Positions 45,839-59,409 of a stretch of 64,000 nucleotides of DNA are shown here, in pieces. The notes below the pieces were generated by a model that saw only the letters and a program-made list of their open reading frames with translations, was not told the DNA's origin and did not search any database. The first letter of the stretch is position 1. Each line of letters starts with the position of its first letter. Source of the DNA: Ruditapes philippinarum (lineage: Eukaryota); contig NW_026864050.1 in assembly GCF_026571515.1 (NCBI RefSeq), positions 1-64,000 of the forward strand, in the 5' to 3' direction. A program made the translations under genes and the position numbers.

Positions 45839-47484
45839 CTTATATCATTCAATATATGTTACTCCTAGTTGCAATCCAGTGCCTGAGTTTGTTTAAAAGG
45901 TGATAGGGTTAATGCCCGTTTCTTCATTTTTTCTTTTATATATACCGATTACAAACAAAAAAAATCAGCACTTGCACTCAATCACTCGCATGTTTTTGGA
46001 TGTTACACATTTTTGTCAAGCCTTCTTTATTACTCAACGAGGGAGTCCTAAAAGTTTTGAATATTAAGACACAGCTTATCAGACAGTTTTTCTATATACG
46101 TAAACGTAAACACATTTCAAGATAGCCAATGAACTATTACGGCCAATATTTGTGAAAGTCATATCAATTATAAATAATCAAACAAATTTGTCAAAAATTA
46201 TCTTTTGAATGAAATCAAAATGCTTTCAGAAAGTTTGATATGATTTGACACGAATAACGTCACGTTATTTGTTTATTTATTTCTGAACTAAATGGTTCTC
46301 TTTTGATTGAAGAATTAGTAAGCTTTTACGTTTTGGTAAATATTTGATTTATTTTATTTGACTTGCGAATTAGGTACAATATCGAAGCATTTTCCATATG
46401 CCGTTTGACGAGTTTTGAGGAAACATTTGTCGAATCGAGGTTCTAGCATTGGTCAGATTCAAAATTTCTATAAGTAGATCTAACAATTAACTAACCAACA
46501 ATATTTCGGAATGTAATTATAGATGAAGCCATCGGCTTTTGGCCACATCGCTGTGTTAGAAAACAATATCTTAAATGAGAAAAGACAAAAGGTCTGCAAG
46601 TGTTCATTCGTCAACGTCATTCACATTTGAATAACATTGATATTGTTTAGAAAGATTTAGAGTATATTTGACGATGGGTATTATTTTTACATTAATTTTT
46701 CAACGAGGTTGCAATTTAAAAGTATGGAAAAGGCGGGGAAAACTATAGTAAAATATCTTTAATAAAACAATATAACCTTAATCTAAATGTTGAGACTATA
46801 AGTTAAATTCTCTTATCATACATGTAGCAAAATATTCCTGAAATGTTAAGGGACAGTAAACGAATATTTTCTTCTTCATCCTTGAAAACATCTGTTTGTA
46901 CACCCTTAGACCCTATTGGGAAGTTTTTCTTTCACGCCAAAACAAACACGACTTCACAACATTCGTGATGCAGAATGGAGTAATTCGGACATACTTCGGG
47001 CATTCTATCGCCCTTTTCCTTCCGCTCGCACCCAGTTTTATCGTAATCAACATAAACAAGGTTGTAACCTTGTGATTAAGTGGTTAGGACCGTATTCTTT
47101 TTTTGCAAACTGTCATCACATGATATCAAAATAAGATATTGCGTTCGCTTTAAACCAATGATGTAACATTAAGTCATCTGAGTCCAATGTGACGGTAACC
47201 TCTACCCTTACTTTACCTGACACATTTACAAGATATTTCCTAAATATATCAATAGTCAATGTGTGCTTAGCTCGATATACTTTAGTGCGACGCAGTTTTG
47301 ATTTCCACTAGGAAAAATTTAAACAATATTTTTATGCTTTATTCTTTTATAAGTATATTATAGTCAATGAATATATTATAATTCTTTAATATAATGTAAT
47401 AATATATAAATATCAAAATGATTCCTATTCATTCCTTATGTTTTTAAAGAAAAGAAAACAACACAACTTCACAACTATACAAAC

Positions 47485-48374
47485 TAAAAACTCTGAAAAC
47501 CGGACCCTGTCCGGACTTGACCAAAAGTCCGGTTTTCAGAGGATTCCGGTTTTCAGAGGTTTAATACATTTATTGATAATTATGATGTGTTTGAACAATG
47601 ACGAACAATGACTTTGTTCAATCATTTTGTATTTACTTTTCAACCCTTTTGTCTAAGTCATATTTTAATCTCTTTTTGCAATAAATGTCTTACATGTCTT
47701 AAGTATTTTTATTATGCAAATACATGAATATAATTCTGAAAAAGAAAAAATAAACAACACATTGTCTGAAATAAATCTTTTTAATTGGCTTTTAAAATAC
47801 GTAATCGATGGAATTTAGTATTACTATTTTTGCATATAATTAATATCCAAACAAACATAACTTCAAGGTCAAAATTTTCAGCAAAACAGGAAGCATTTAA
47901 CAAAAGTTTCCCAATTCTTTTTAGTTTAAGACATTTTATATTAAAAAAAAATTAAAACATTTTGAAAAATTATTCCTATGCAGTGAAAGACACAATTATG
48001 ATGAAAGAGCTTTAATTTAATTGCCATTAAGAAATTAACACACATTGACAAGTGTTTTCACACCTGCATAGATAAAAAGGTGATCGTTAATTGGTAATTG
48101 AACATGTCAACAGTTGAGATTATATATGTTTTACGATACATTAAAATACACAGAACGTTAACACTTAAATTGCTGTCCGGTTTTCAGAGGATTTTTTTTT
48201 TATGCATGTTCAGCATTAGAAAACATAGAAAATCGTCCGGTTTGCGGAATTCAGAGGTTCCAGTATTCAGAGGATTTTTTCAATGAACATATAAGGAGAA
48301 AATACGGGACTTTTAAAATGGCCCGGTTTTCAGAAGATTCCGGTTTTCAGAGGGTCCGGTTTTCAGAGTTTTTA
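47485..48374. mobile_element. Non-autonomous DNA transposon with 24-bp perfect TIRs and CCGGTTTTCAGAG subterminal repeats (Tc1/pogo-like)
   Basis: TAAAAACTCTGAAAACCGGACCCT (47485-47508) / AGGGTCCGGTTTTCAGAGTTTTTA (48351-48374). Confidence 0.8.
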
Positions 48375-50660
48375 CTTAATAATCAATATTAAACATTGCA
48401 CTTTAATCTTGTTCATGGTTTTTAAAAACCGGAAATACAATTGTTTATATTGCCAAAGGAAATTGTCAAATCATTTTGTTTTGTATGATACGCAAGTTAC
48501 TTAAGTTATACTTTAAGTGCATACAATGAATTTTCAGCATCTCTACTTACTATCCTGATTTTTTTACCTTCAAAACATGAAATTTAAATAGTTTAGTATT
48601 ATACGCATATTCTTAATGCCTGTTTACAATTGAGTGATGACATTCATTTATGAACATGTATTTATAGCTACAGTCGATACTTTACTTCAATGATTCCTTT
48701 CACGAGAAGAGTACAGACATAGGCAAGCAACTGTAATGCGATTTTATTGTCAAAGAAAAGATTGCAATCAGGGTGTAACAATAGAGTTCGGCTTACATCA
48801 GCTTATTCTTAACCCTAAATGATTGCTTTTCAATGTCAAACTAAGTTGTGCCTAATATAAGAAATAACAGAAAATGCACCTAACAACATTGTGTTGTTTA
48901 CCAGTACCAAGAAATAAAATAAGTTTCAGGTATGAACGATTTTTATAATATAAATCGACTATAATATAATATAATAATAGTTTTATACGTGAGTAAATTT
49001 TATACGACAATGTTTACTGAATAAATATCACATTTAGTGTATTCTTGAATTTCGTTCAAATCGTACTTTCTGTTGAAATACATTTATTATCAACTTAAAT
49101 ATTAAAAAAAATGCACTAAACTTCCGATCTTCAAAGTTGTTTGTAAGACAATTTTATCAAAATAACTTGTACTTTTATGTACATACATATATACCTTTTT
49201 AAACCATACAAAAGACTATAGTAGACAGTGAAGTAATTAACGATATTTCTTTCTAACCCATCAAAGATGATTATAAAGGCGTTGTAAAAATAACCTATTA
49301 AGTTAATTAAATTTCTGAATTTTGTTTTATGTCACTGCCAATCCGATTTGAAATTACAGCGTTGCTAGCTTAGTTGGGTCAAATCACGTGATTTAAATTA
49401 GCATGCTGTCTTTTTCACGTCACACGAAACTCTTTCATATGACACTTCATGTCTTACTTAAAGAGATGTAAGTACTTTGGTTTAAAAACCAGGGTATAGA
49501 TATTGAATGTGATAGTAACCTAACTTGATATATTCCCGTTTCATCCAAACCCGTATCATGGACCAGATCACATCAAAACCGAACTGAGCAGCACAGACAA
49601 TAATGTTGATCTTGAGAATTTGGAGAGTATAAATGATATCGCAAATAATACTTGGCCTTCATAACATTTGTTTAAAACATGGCTTGAAAAATATCACAAT
49701 TTGTAACCGAATTATATATATCATTTAAGTATAACTATTGAATTAAATCACCATTAATGTAAGATTGATCAATCAGACCATCATGACTTGTGCAGTCATT
49801 CGGTAAATCTTCCGGCTTCTGCCCCCCATAATGCACTTTATTTTATCGTAAAGTTTTCAACATTAAAATTACTTATTGGCCGATCTTTTATTCGTTGATT
49901 TGGAAAAATCTCTCACAAACAGAAAAAAAAACCAAATTTAAAGATGAAAGAACAACAGAATAGTTACGAAACTCAAAAAGCGCATGGCCTACAAAACACA
50001 TGTTAACATATAAATCATGCAATAAATCCGAAGTAAGCCAACTGTAATTATTCTTGGGTAACAAAAAACAAAAGCAATCCTCTTATTTTCTCACCAATTC
50101 TTAATGAAAAGCCACTCTCGTGGCGAAAAGCATCATTTTAATTAACTCATTTCACGTAATGTCGAGAAAAGACGCTCTCAATACACGGAACGCGCAAGGG
50201 TAAAAATAATTAATTAAAGGTGGAGACCAAAAAGATTATTTTACGCATCGTAATAAAAGATCTTTCTTCAGGCATGGGGCTCTATATTCAACACTGGTTT
50301 CCAAGTTGGACACTTAATGAGGAAAGGAATAATTGTAAGTTTTGTTTTATTACAATATAAGAATATGTTATTAGACCTTGTTTTTTTGTCTCATAAAATA
50401 GGTATTTGCATATGAAAATGCATCAATAAAATGCTTACAATTATTTTTTAGTTTATAATACATAAAACATTTTTAATCGCTTTTAGATATTAAGCAATTT
50501 GTATATAAGCTTAAAATGCAGATATTTATTTGTTTATGTAATTAACAAATTGATTAAATATCTAATTCTAAAATAAAAGAAAACAAGTAAAATTTGCAGG
50601 ATGTTTAAAGCATGCTTTGTTACATTTCAGTGTCTCTTATTTCATTTTGAATAAAGAAGA

Positions 50661-53126
50661 ATGAACGTGTCTTCTGAAACTACGGTAAGTTTTTCAAAAG
50701 TTCCTTGTACAAATTAATGCAATGATTGAAATAATTAGATTTAAATTATCATTTACAATGCATGTTGAAAATTTTAACTGTCATTCAGAAGATTCAGAAA
50801 GAATTAAGAAATTTGCGTTTAAACTAAACTATTCCAGAGAATGTTTATCGCATTCCTTTGTCGCATTTTATTTAACTTTTCTGGCAAAATAATAATTTTG
50901 ATGCAAACCAATTACAGGTTTTTGATGTAACATCACCATTAGATGTCACGACCGAAGCGCCGGACACGACCTGGTCTGCAAATACTACGATGACTGGAAG
51001 TGTGGCTACGGCGGTCATGTCAACTGCAACGGATCTAACAACTAATATTGCGGAGACTACAACCCATTTATTTGATACGTATGGTATTTTCATACATCCG
51101 CACTGGAAAAATTTCCCTATAGTTTCAGACGAATGGCATTACCTGATTGGAATAATTATAACTTGTGTTGGAATAACAGGGATCATTGGAAACTCCCTCG
51201 TTATTTGGATGTTTTCAAGGTATGCTGCGTATCTTCATACTCTATTATTTGGAAATTATTTAAATTTATTCAAGTACCTATAAAGCTTATGTTGTACAGG
51301 TTTTTTTTATCTTGATATTTCGTGTGCATCAGAATATGTTTCCTGTAACAATTTTAATTTTTTTACATGATTTCGTATTTCCTTTTCTTTTTATTTTCGT
51401 CGGATTTTCTTATTGTTATTGGTTGTGTTATTTTAGGGAAAAGTCGTTGCGAACATCTTCGAATATGTTCATTGTAAACCTTGCCATCAGTGACCTAACG
51501 TTCTCAGTTGTAAATGGTTTTCCTCTATTCAGCATCTCATCTTTTAACAAAAGATGGATATTTGGGACAGCTGGTATGGCATAACACTTTTTATATATAT
51601 AATAATTATTATATGCAGCACATTATTTCAATATTTCAATGGTGAACTATTATTTAATCGGTACATTTTCATTAAAGCAGCACCTAAGGAAATAACAATC
51701 TAAAATGATTTTTAAATAACACGTACAATTTTATTCATTCTTTATGGGTTTTGCTATATTCTTTTTGTTGTAAAGAAAGAAGCTTACCAGATGTGCACAC
51801 ATCTTTGATTATTTGATTTCAGCATGCGAATTCTATGGTTTGATTGGTGGAATCTTTGGGCTGATGTCAATAAACACCATGGTGGCTATAGCAATTGACC
51901 GTTACTACGCCATAGCTCGTCCTCTACACGTAGCTAAATTCATGACACGGAAACGAGCGTTTCTTATGATCGTTACTGTTTGGATATGGTCATTTGCTAG
52001 CGCAACTCCACCTATCTTTGGTTGGGGCCGGTATATTCCGGAAGGATTTGGTACATCTTGCACGTACGACTATCTCACACGCACAAACAATAACATAACC
52101 TTCATATTTTTCATGTACATTTTCGGATTTGCGGTGCCACTTGGTGTTATTATCCTCTGTTATGCAATGATCATACGGGCTGTCAAGGTACACGAGAATG
52201 AAATGAAGAAAACAGCTAAGAAATTAAATGCTGAAATGCGTTCAAATCAAGACAAGAAAAATATGGAGATTAGGGTAGCAAAAATAGCAATGTCGATTCT
52301 TGTATTGTATCTTTTGTCATGGCTGCCATATGCTACAGTCGCCTTGATTGGAATGTTTGGCGATGCATCATTCGTCACACCATTTTGGGCAGAAATACCG
52401 GTACTGTTTGCAAAAGCATCCGCGATGCATAATCCTCTAGTTTACGCACTCAGTCATCCTAAATTTAGAGCAGCTTTGCAAACGCATGCGCCCTGGCTGA
52501 CTTGTTGCTGCAAACCTGAAGCAAAGCCCGCAATGTCTACAGGTACTTCTTTTAAGGACAGGAATGCCAGTAAAAGGAGTGTAACCAGTGTCACAGGTGC
52601 CAGCGTTAGTAGCGAGATGAGCAATGTCAGTGACTCCATGTACGCTGACATGGAATTTCGTCTTCGTAAACTCGAAGAAGAACAGGCAGCGAAGAGAGAT
52701 CCAAAGACGGTTTCGAAAAAGAAGGCGAACAAAAATCAGGCTGTTGAACAAGCAGATGACATTCCAGCGGGAAAAATAATTCAGGATCTTGCACATGCAT
52801 TAGTTGAGGCAACATCACGGGAAAAAACGAGTCATCCAGTACAACCTGTGTATCTCCCTAGTAGTATTTTAAAAGGCAAGTCGTCTGATTCCAAAGAACC
52901 GTCTGATGGCATTTTCGTTCTTGACAGTAATACAATACCTGAACTTGCAAAATACTTGACAACATTTTCAAACTTAAACAACGAAAACATTGAAGGTGTG
53001 GTTAATCAAGGTCTAGAGTTGTCACCCGAAGTTCCACCATATGAGTCTGTTGGAGCTAGGCCAAAAACTTCGAATGTTGAGGATAATGATGGTAGCGGCG
53101 TAGGCTATGATGAAGCACAACTTTGA
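50661..53126 (+). CDS. Gq-coupled rhabdomeric opsin (r-opsin; molluscan rhodopsin/melanopsin clade), 588 aa
   Basis: Exons 50661-50684, 50918-51219, 51437-51573, 51823-53126. Motifs: IHPHW, LRTSSNMFIVNLAISD, CEFYG (Tyr at site 113), DRY, YIPEG..TSC (Glu181 counterion), retinal Lys in FAKASAMHNPLVY, and the HPKF r-opsin motif. A non-coding exon probably ends at 50334. Confidence 0.95.
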
Positions 53127-54165
53127 TATATCCCTAGATCTAAAACAAATATTTATTTCCTAAGTGCTCTTGACGCAATTTCATTTATGGGGTACATTGT
53201 TTACATGATTATATTGAGTATTTGGTCTAGATTATTTGAATAAACTGATATAATAATTCTGATCTAAGATTGAAATCAGGGATAGAGTAATGGCGATCGT
53301 TACGATCGCTTGAATACTTGAGAAGTATATGAAATAATAGGTATCAAGATTAAGAGATGTTGCTTTCTTGGCATCAATATTTGCAATGACGATTCATGGA
53401 AACAAGCATTCAAAATCAATCTGAACGCTGTATGCGCTATTTCCACGTTTAAAAGAAACCATATACACCACTAATGCCTATTCGGTATAAGTAGTGGAAA
53501 GTATTTTACAATGTAGAGTCTTTCATTTATAGCATTGAACGGGTGTGTGCAATACATAGAAAACGGTTTATTTCAACCACAAATTTCCCAGTTAAATATT
53601 GCTTTGTAGTCAACTTTATTGCATTCACATTTGACGAAATACTTCAACAGAATATCTTTTTAATGCAATAACGACATTTTTAGATAAAATAGCAAGTGAC
53701 AAGCACAAACCAGAGACAGTCCAAGCTCTCTTGTGTAAGATTTTTTTTAGTTCAATGGAATCATGTTTAAATCATTTTGTGGATGTCAATATCTTTTTTA
53801 TTATTTCAATGGAAACATGTTTAAATCATTTTGTGAATGTCAATATATTTTATGGCTGGTCTATTGAGAATATTGAGAATTCCAGAATGTGTGTGAACGT
53901 TTGACCATTCCTTTAAATTTATAATATCGTAACAATCGGAGCATTTCAACATGCCAATTTTTGAAAACGCTTTTGAAATGCGTGGTAATTTGTCTGGTTA
54001 CTGCTTTGATAATAATATAGAGGTACGTAAATGTTAGACTGCTCATAGACATTGGTAATAAATACAGAAACGTCCCAATTTAACTATTCATGGTCAAAAC
54101 GGCTTGGACACACAGGTAAGCAAAGCTCTAGTTAACATCGCCGATGTCGAATATGATTTTACGTT

Positions 54166-54548
54166 AACATTGATACAAATGCCGATAAAAGCGTGATTGA
54201 TACAAATGCCAGTAAAGCGTGATTGATACAAATGCCGGTAAATCGTGATTGATACAAATGCCGGTAAAATCGTGATCGATAGAAATGCCAGTAAAGTGTG
54301 ATTGATACAAATATCGGTAAAATTGTGATTGATAAAAATGCCGGTAAAACGTGATTGATACAAATGCCGTTAAAATCGTGATTGACAGAAATGCCAGTAA
54401 AGCGTGATTGATACAAATGCCGGTAAAACCGTGATTGATGCAAATGGCGGTAAAATTGTGATTGATACAAACGCAGGTAAAAGCGTGATTTATACAAATG
54501 TCGGTAAAATCGTGATTCATTCAAATGGCGGTTAAAGCGTGATTGACT
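54166..54548. repeat. 26-27-bp minisatellite, ~14 copies, downstream of the opsin stop
   Basis: Unit ATTGATACAAATGCCGGTAAAA(T/G)CGTG. Confidence 0.95.
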
Positions 54549-55968
54549 CATACGATGTTTTGTTGTCATAACAATGAATTTCATATTGCAAATTCTTGTA
54601 CATTATATGATTTATGTGAATAAATGCAAATTTTCGTATAAACAATTATATGAAAATAATTAGAAATAGATCTATATCTATGTCAAATAATTAAAATATA
54701 TGTATATATCATTAATTGACTTGAAATATAAAGTTACAACAACATTGCTGTTCAGTTGACGAAACAGTACTTAACTTTATGTATTTCATAACATTTGTTT
54801 GTTCAGACGGGTCATTGTTGCATCATTATTGTTAATCAATTTCTTTATTTGTTGTCAATTTAAGGAAAAATAAATAGTACATATAACAGTGAACTGTTGA
54901 GTTATAGTTATGTCCCTTGGTTGCGTATGGGCACTTTTTCATATAATTAAACGAACACATTAAGTTTGCTTGAAAAAAACTTCATGTGTTGTTCTTGAAA
55001 TATAAATAAAGTCGTAGAATACCTTTGCCCATGATGTAGCACATAAAAATGTTACCTACAGTGACCCTCGTTATTTAACGTGGTTAGTTGCTCAGGCAAT
55101 TTGTATAGCACCTTACTTATTTTGCATTAGCATTTTATTGTTATTATCAGGATTGCTTTTTTTGCTCACGCGAATGTAATTTACATTTCTTATTAACTTA
55201 AACATTTTTGTTGTTTATAACATTCAACATTTTGTTGCTTTTACATATGGCGGAATAATTCTGTTTATGATTAACGTGTTACGTAACTGGCGATAGTTAA
55301 AGGCGTATGCTATACAATTAAATGTAATCATGAAGAATGAAAACTTTATTATAAAATTTATTAAACTCTGCATGATCTTACAATATGATTGTGATCACAG
55401 AGCTTGTTAACGAGTTGAATTGACTGCCCACGAATTTGAAAGTTTGCTTATTTCAGGGATCAAACTTTCACATTTGTCAATTAATATCAGCGAATCCTTG
55501 TTTTTTTCTTCTTTCCATGTTTTCAAAAATAAATAAAGAGTAGTTTGTTTACTGTTCTTTTTTTCCTAATCTATGCTAATTTAGAAGTTAAAAGTTTTTT
55601 TATGAAAATTTACATTGCGACTAAGGATAAAATGGAAACAAAAAATAGTTTAAATAAGTTAGTGTTGCCAGACTAATGTATAAATTATTTGTCCTTAAAA
55701 TTACACAAAAAAATATAAATCGAGGATATATAACTCTAAATCGACCTCAATTTGCTTTTTGCATAAAATGTTCTGTTATTTCATTCTACGATCTTGAAAA
55801 GCTTAAAGATATTAGTGTGATTCTCATGTACACGACTGTACAGCTGAAAATGGGCTGCGAATAATTTTAATCATATATGCCATCAAGTATTAATACTATT
55901 CTTTTTTTCGAACACACACCACAAAACTTGTAAACGTACATGTATGCTGAATAGTAAGAACAGATAAT

Positions 55969-56205
55969 TGAGCCGCGCCATGACAAAACCAACATAATGG
56001 GTTTGCGACCAGCATAGATATAGACCAACCTGCGCATCCGCGCAGTCTGATCAGGATACATATTGTTCGCTATCAGTTTCTCTACTTGTAATAGAGTTGG
56101 TAAGCGAACAGCATGGATCCTGATCAGACTGCGCGGATGCGCAGGCTTGTCTGGATTCATGCTGGTCGCAAACCCATTATGTTGGTTTTGTCGTGACGCG
56201 GCTCA
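55969..56205. mobile_element. 237-bp foldback MITE copy
   Basis: Same arms as 32284-32520, with the spacer in the opposite orientation. Confidence 0.9.
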
Positions 56206-57074
56206 TATAATGAAATAGGTTTGGAATAATGTTACTTCCGGTTATTTCCTTGACTTTAAAATGGCGTCCCTCCAACAATCATGCAGTTATTCATTTTTAT
56301 CAAAATCAAAATTACTATTCGTTTACATGATATTTAAGTTCCTTTGATATATTTTGATATCTACTAACAAACCATTTTTCAACCCTATTAACAGCTTTAA
56401 GATAACAATTACATGTATTACAATATCTATTTCCTCAATTTTAAAAACCAATTTAAGGTAAAATGAGCTTTTAATTGTATGAACTTTCTCTCGTTTAATT
56501 TCAAATGTATATATGTTTGAAACAGGGAAAATTTATATTAATAATTTATTTCCTTCTAATTTTGCATAAATAGTCGCCAGTTATATAACATAAATAATGA
56601 CATACTCGTATTGTGAATTATAAAAAAGATCGGTTTAACGGTTATCGGTATTCTTTTGAAAATATTACTTGTATTGTGGGAAAAAAACCAACACAAATAT
56701 TTTAAACGCCAGTGAATTATTTTTACCATTCCGAACGATGAAAATGATAATGAAGCAATATAATATATGGGCATGTGATTAATATGTCTACATACTGAAT
56801 ATATGATGATCAAAAATAAAGTAAATTACCTGGATTGCATGTAAACATATGTACGTGTTATTAAACATATTTTCTATTGATGAGTTTATCTACAATAAAG
56901 ATCTACCCGGCTATTCGTGTATCAAACCTGTATAATCACGATTTTTGCCTGAGGTTACACTTTACGAATTACGAGCAACCTGTTTATCAAACGAATGATC
57001 TGAAAATTATTATCCCACTTTTAACGTTTTCACATTTGAGTGAAAATACACGAGATGACTAATTTTCACTGTTA

Positions 57075-57533
57075 AGGTAGAACGCGACACTTTGCGAACT
57101 TTCGAGTAGCGTCTTGAAAATGTCTTGAAAATGGGCATGCACAAAATTGACCATATTTCTGATTGGATTTCGTTGATTTTATTTCAATAGTTTCAGCCAA
57201 TTTTTGTACACAGGACGTCAAAGTTGACCATCAAAGCCCGTTTTTAACATGACGTCGTTGCGTATCCTTGGCAACTGTTACGGGCATTTCAACGCCATTG
57301 GCGGACAAAATATCTTAAATCCTACAGCATTCGACTGAAATTACTTTTTCCTTTAAGCTGATATAAAATTTATTGTTTTACGCCGAATATTGTTTGAGTA
57401 ATGGAAAGAAAGTTGTCAATTTTGTGTAAAATTTTAAAGCGGCTTATTAAAAATTTCCTGAAATATGGTCAATTTTGTGCATGCCAATTTTCAAGACGCT
57501 ACTCGAAAGTTCGCAAAGTGTCGCGTTTTACCT
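57075..57533. mobile_element. MITE with ~75-bp TIRs (TTAA-type, Kolobok-like)
   Basis: AGGTAGAACGCGACACTTTGCGAACTTTCGAGTAGCGTCTTGAAAA...GCATGCACAAAATTGACCATATTTC is mirrored at ~57460-57533. TTAA and TCAA flanks. Confidence 0.85.
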
Positions 57534-57679
57534 CAAGCCCAATTTATGAGTCCACGCGTTATTATACTGACTTTTATGTATGAATTTATTCGAATAAACA
57601 ATGTGAACCGTTATTATTTGGGCATGCATATAACAACTATATTATTGTTAATCTACCGGTTATTGAACAAAAGGTAATG

Positions 57680-57972
57680 GTCTTGTTTATTATAGTGTCA
57701 CCGCTACTGAAAGGGCCAGCCATTTCTGACTTATGTGACACCTTTTGCTTGAATACCATGTACCTCCCAACTGCTACTACTATGCCATGCAGGCACCAGG
57801 CGGATAGAAATCGCTTACCATTTTAACTACCTCGTGGCTCACGAAGTGGCCATTTCGGAACGAGTTCCACGAGAAACATTCATCCTTCAATTAACGCTCC
57901 CCGTGAGACTCGAACCTTCGACCTCCCGATTCGAAGGCGGACGCCTTAACCACTAGACAAACGGTACCGGTT
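57680..57972 (-). mobile_element. Well-preserved tRNA-derived SINE (family C)
   Basis: Minus-strand head ACCGGTACCGTTTGTCTAGTGGTTAAGGCGTCCGCCTTCGAATCGGGAGGTCGAAGGTTCGAGTCTCACGGGGAGC with boxes A and B, then a ~210-bp GC-richer body ending ATAATAAACAA. Confidence 0.7.
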
Positions 57973-58247
57973 ACGGTGAACAATTACGAGTAAATAGTAA
58001 CTCAGTTGATATAAAAAAACTGAAAGAGAGCATTTCTGAAGATATTTGTGCCATGATTGTACTTTTCATCTTGTTTATTGCTCATTAATCTGTTCTAACA
58101 TGACATGAATATCTTTTTTCTCTGTATATCTAAATTTTACACTGCTACGTTTCAAAACAATTTCTTATTAACGTTAAACTCTTAACCTGCTTAAAATGGC
58201 TTAAGTTGATTACATAAAATGATTTTTGACTTGTACATATACTTGAC

Positions 58248-58850
58248 TTGAGGGGCGATCCAAAAAGTATGTTAATTTTTGTTTTGAAGTCACTTGCCTC
58301 TCAAACTAAAGCTGTTAAATCAAGTAAGTTTTCTCAAAATTGCTGCCTGCCAAATATGTTACTATGCAAAAGAAGCTTGTAAGTACATCCGGAGCAGCTT
58401 AATGATTTCATATATGTTGGTAAATAGTTTGACATACACTTGTGTGTTTTGTATGATGCCATTAAACATTTACAACGCACTTTCAGCAAGCCAAATGCGT
58501 TACTGACTTCGACTTTTTATCGTTACGAATGGTCTGCCGGAACAGAAGAAAAGAAAAAGAAAACGGCGAAGTTTAAAAACATTATACAACACAAACTTAT
58601 GAAATTTTGCAACACATTGTAAACATGGCTAATGATGAAATTTAAGTCATCAAGTTGTTCAAATGTTTGGTGAAGCAAAACGTTTTGGGTGGCAAACAAT
58701 AGTTACGCCAAAGTTAGTGACATTGGTAAAAAGACCGTCGCCAAATGAATATCCGTGATATCGTAGAAGCTACAAGAATCAAATATGGAACTGTTTAGAA
58801 CATGTGTACATCAACTAAAGCTTTGTGCGCATGCTCATGGGGATTTGTTT
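58248..58850 (+). mobile_element. Decayed mariner transposon remnant
   Basis: GAGGGGCGATCCAAAAAGT resembles mariner TIR starts. Broken peptides MKFCNTL*, KDRRQMNIRDIVEATRIKYGTV* and KLCAH echo mariner transposase N-terminal motifs (IKFC, DRR.T.REIAE..GISYGTV, K.SARWVP). Confidence 0.5.
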
Positions 58851-59409
58851 GAGGAGTGTAAACATACATGACGTATTAAAAGAAATTATTAATGGTTGAA
58901 ATGAAATTAATTTTTCATGAAAAATTCATTTATTGAGGTAAACCATTTTAAAATATGATAGAATATGCAGATATTATTAATATGTCATAGATTTGATATT
59001 TGCACTATTATTTTTATATTTTTTTCCGAGAATATGTAACAGATGATTATTTGTACTGTATTGTGAATCTTCAATGAAAACCGGTTTCTATTTTATATAC
59101 AAAGTCCACGTATCTTCTCACTCCTCGTATTTCTGCATATTTAAGAAATACATGTACACACAATAAATGTAAAATACAAAAGAAAAGCGTGATGAAAATT
59201 ACACAGAAATTTAATTGGTGTGAAGAAGAATTCCATTTCAACAAACAAAAATTTCAAACACAGCCTTTTTTGATAAATAACTTTACCACCAATTATGAAA
59301 TGTATCAACAACAAAGATAAGTTTTCTCTTCCTTTGACATTTTTCAGTTTATCAAACTGTTTACCACTGTTTGTTAGTTCTGATCCATCTGGCATACATG
59401 TTTGTTGAA

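Noticed and set aside
46900-47220. CpG-richer patch between the protease and opsin genes
   Set aside because: No convincing ORF, splice sites or terminal repeats; cannot tell a regulatory element from a TE remnant.
52437-52818. Minus-strand ORFs over the opsin tail
   Set aside because: Antisense to the opsin CDS with no independent support.
54094-54584. Three overlapping ORFs with HLYQSRFYR / FTGICINH repeats
   Set aside because: They are translations of the 26-27-bp minisatellite; mixed unit lengths shift frames, so there is no coding constraint.
57897-57972. Functional tRNA-Arg gene
   Set aside because: Acceptor and anticodon stems pair poorly, there is no adjacent T-run terminator, and the sequence continues into a SINE-like body.
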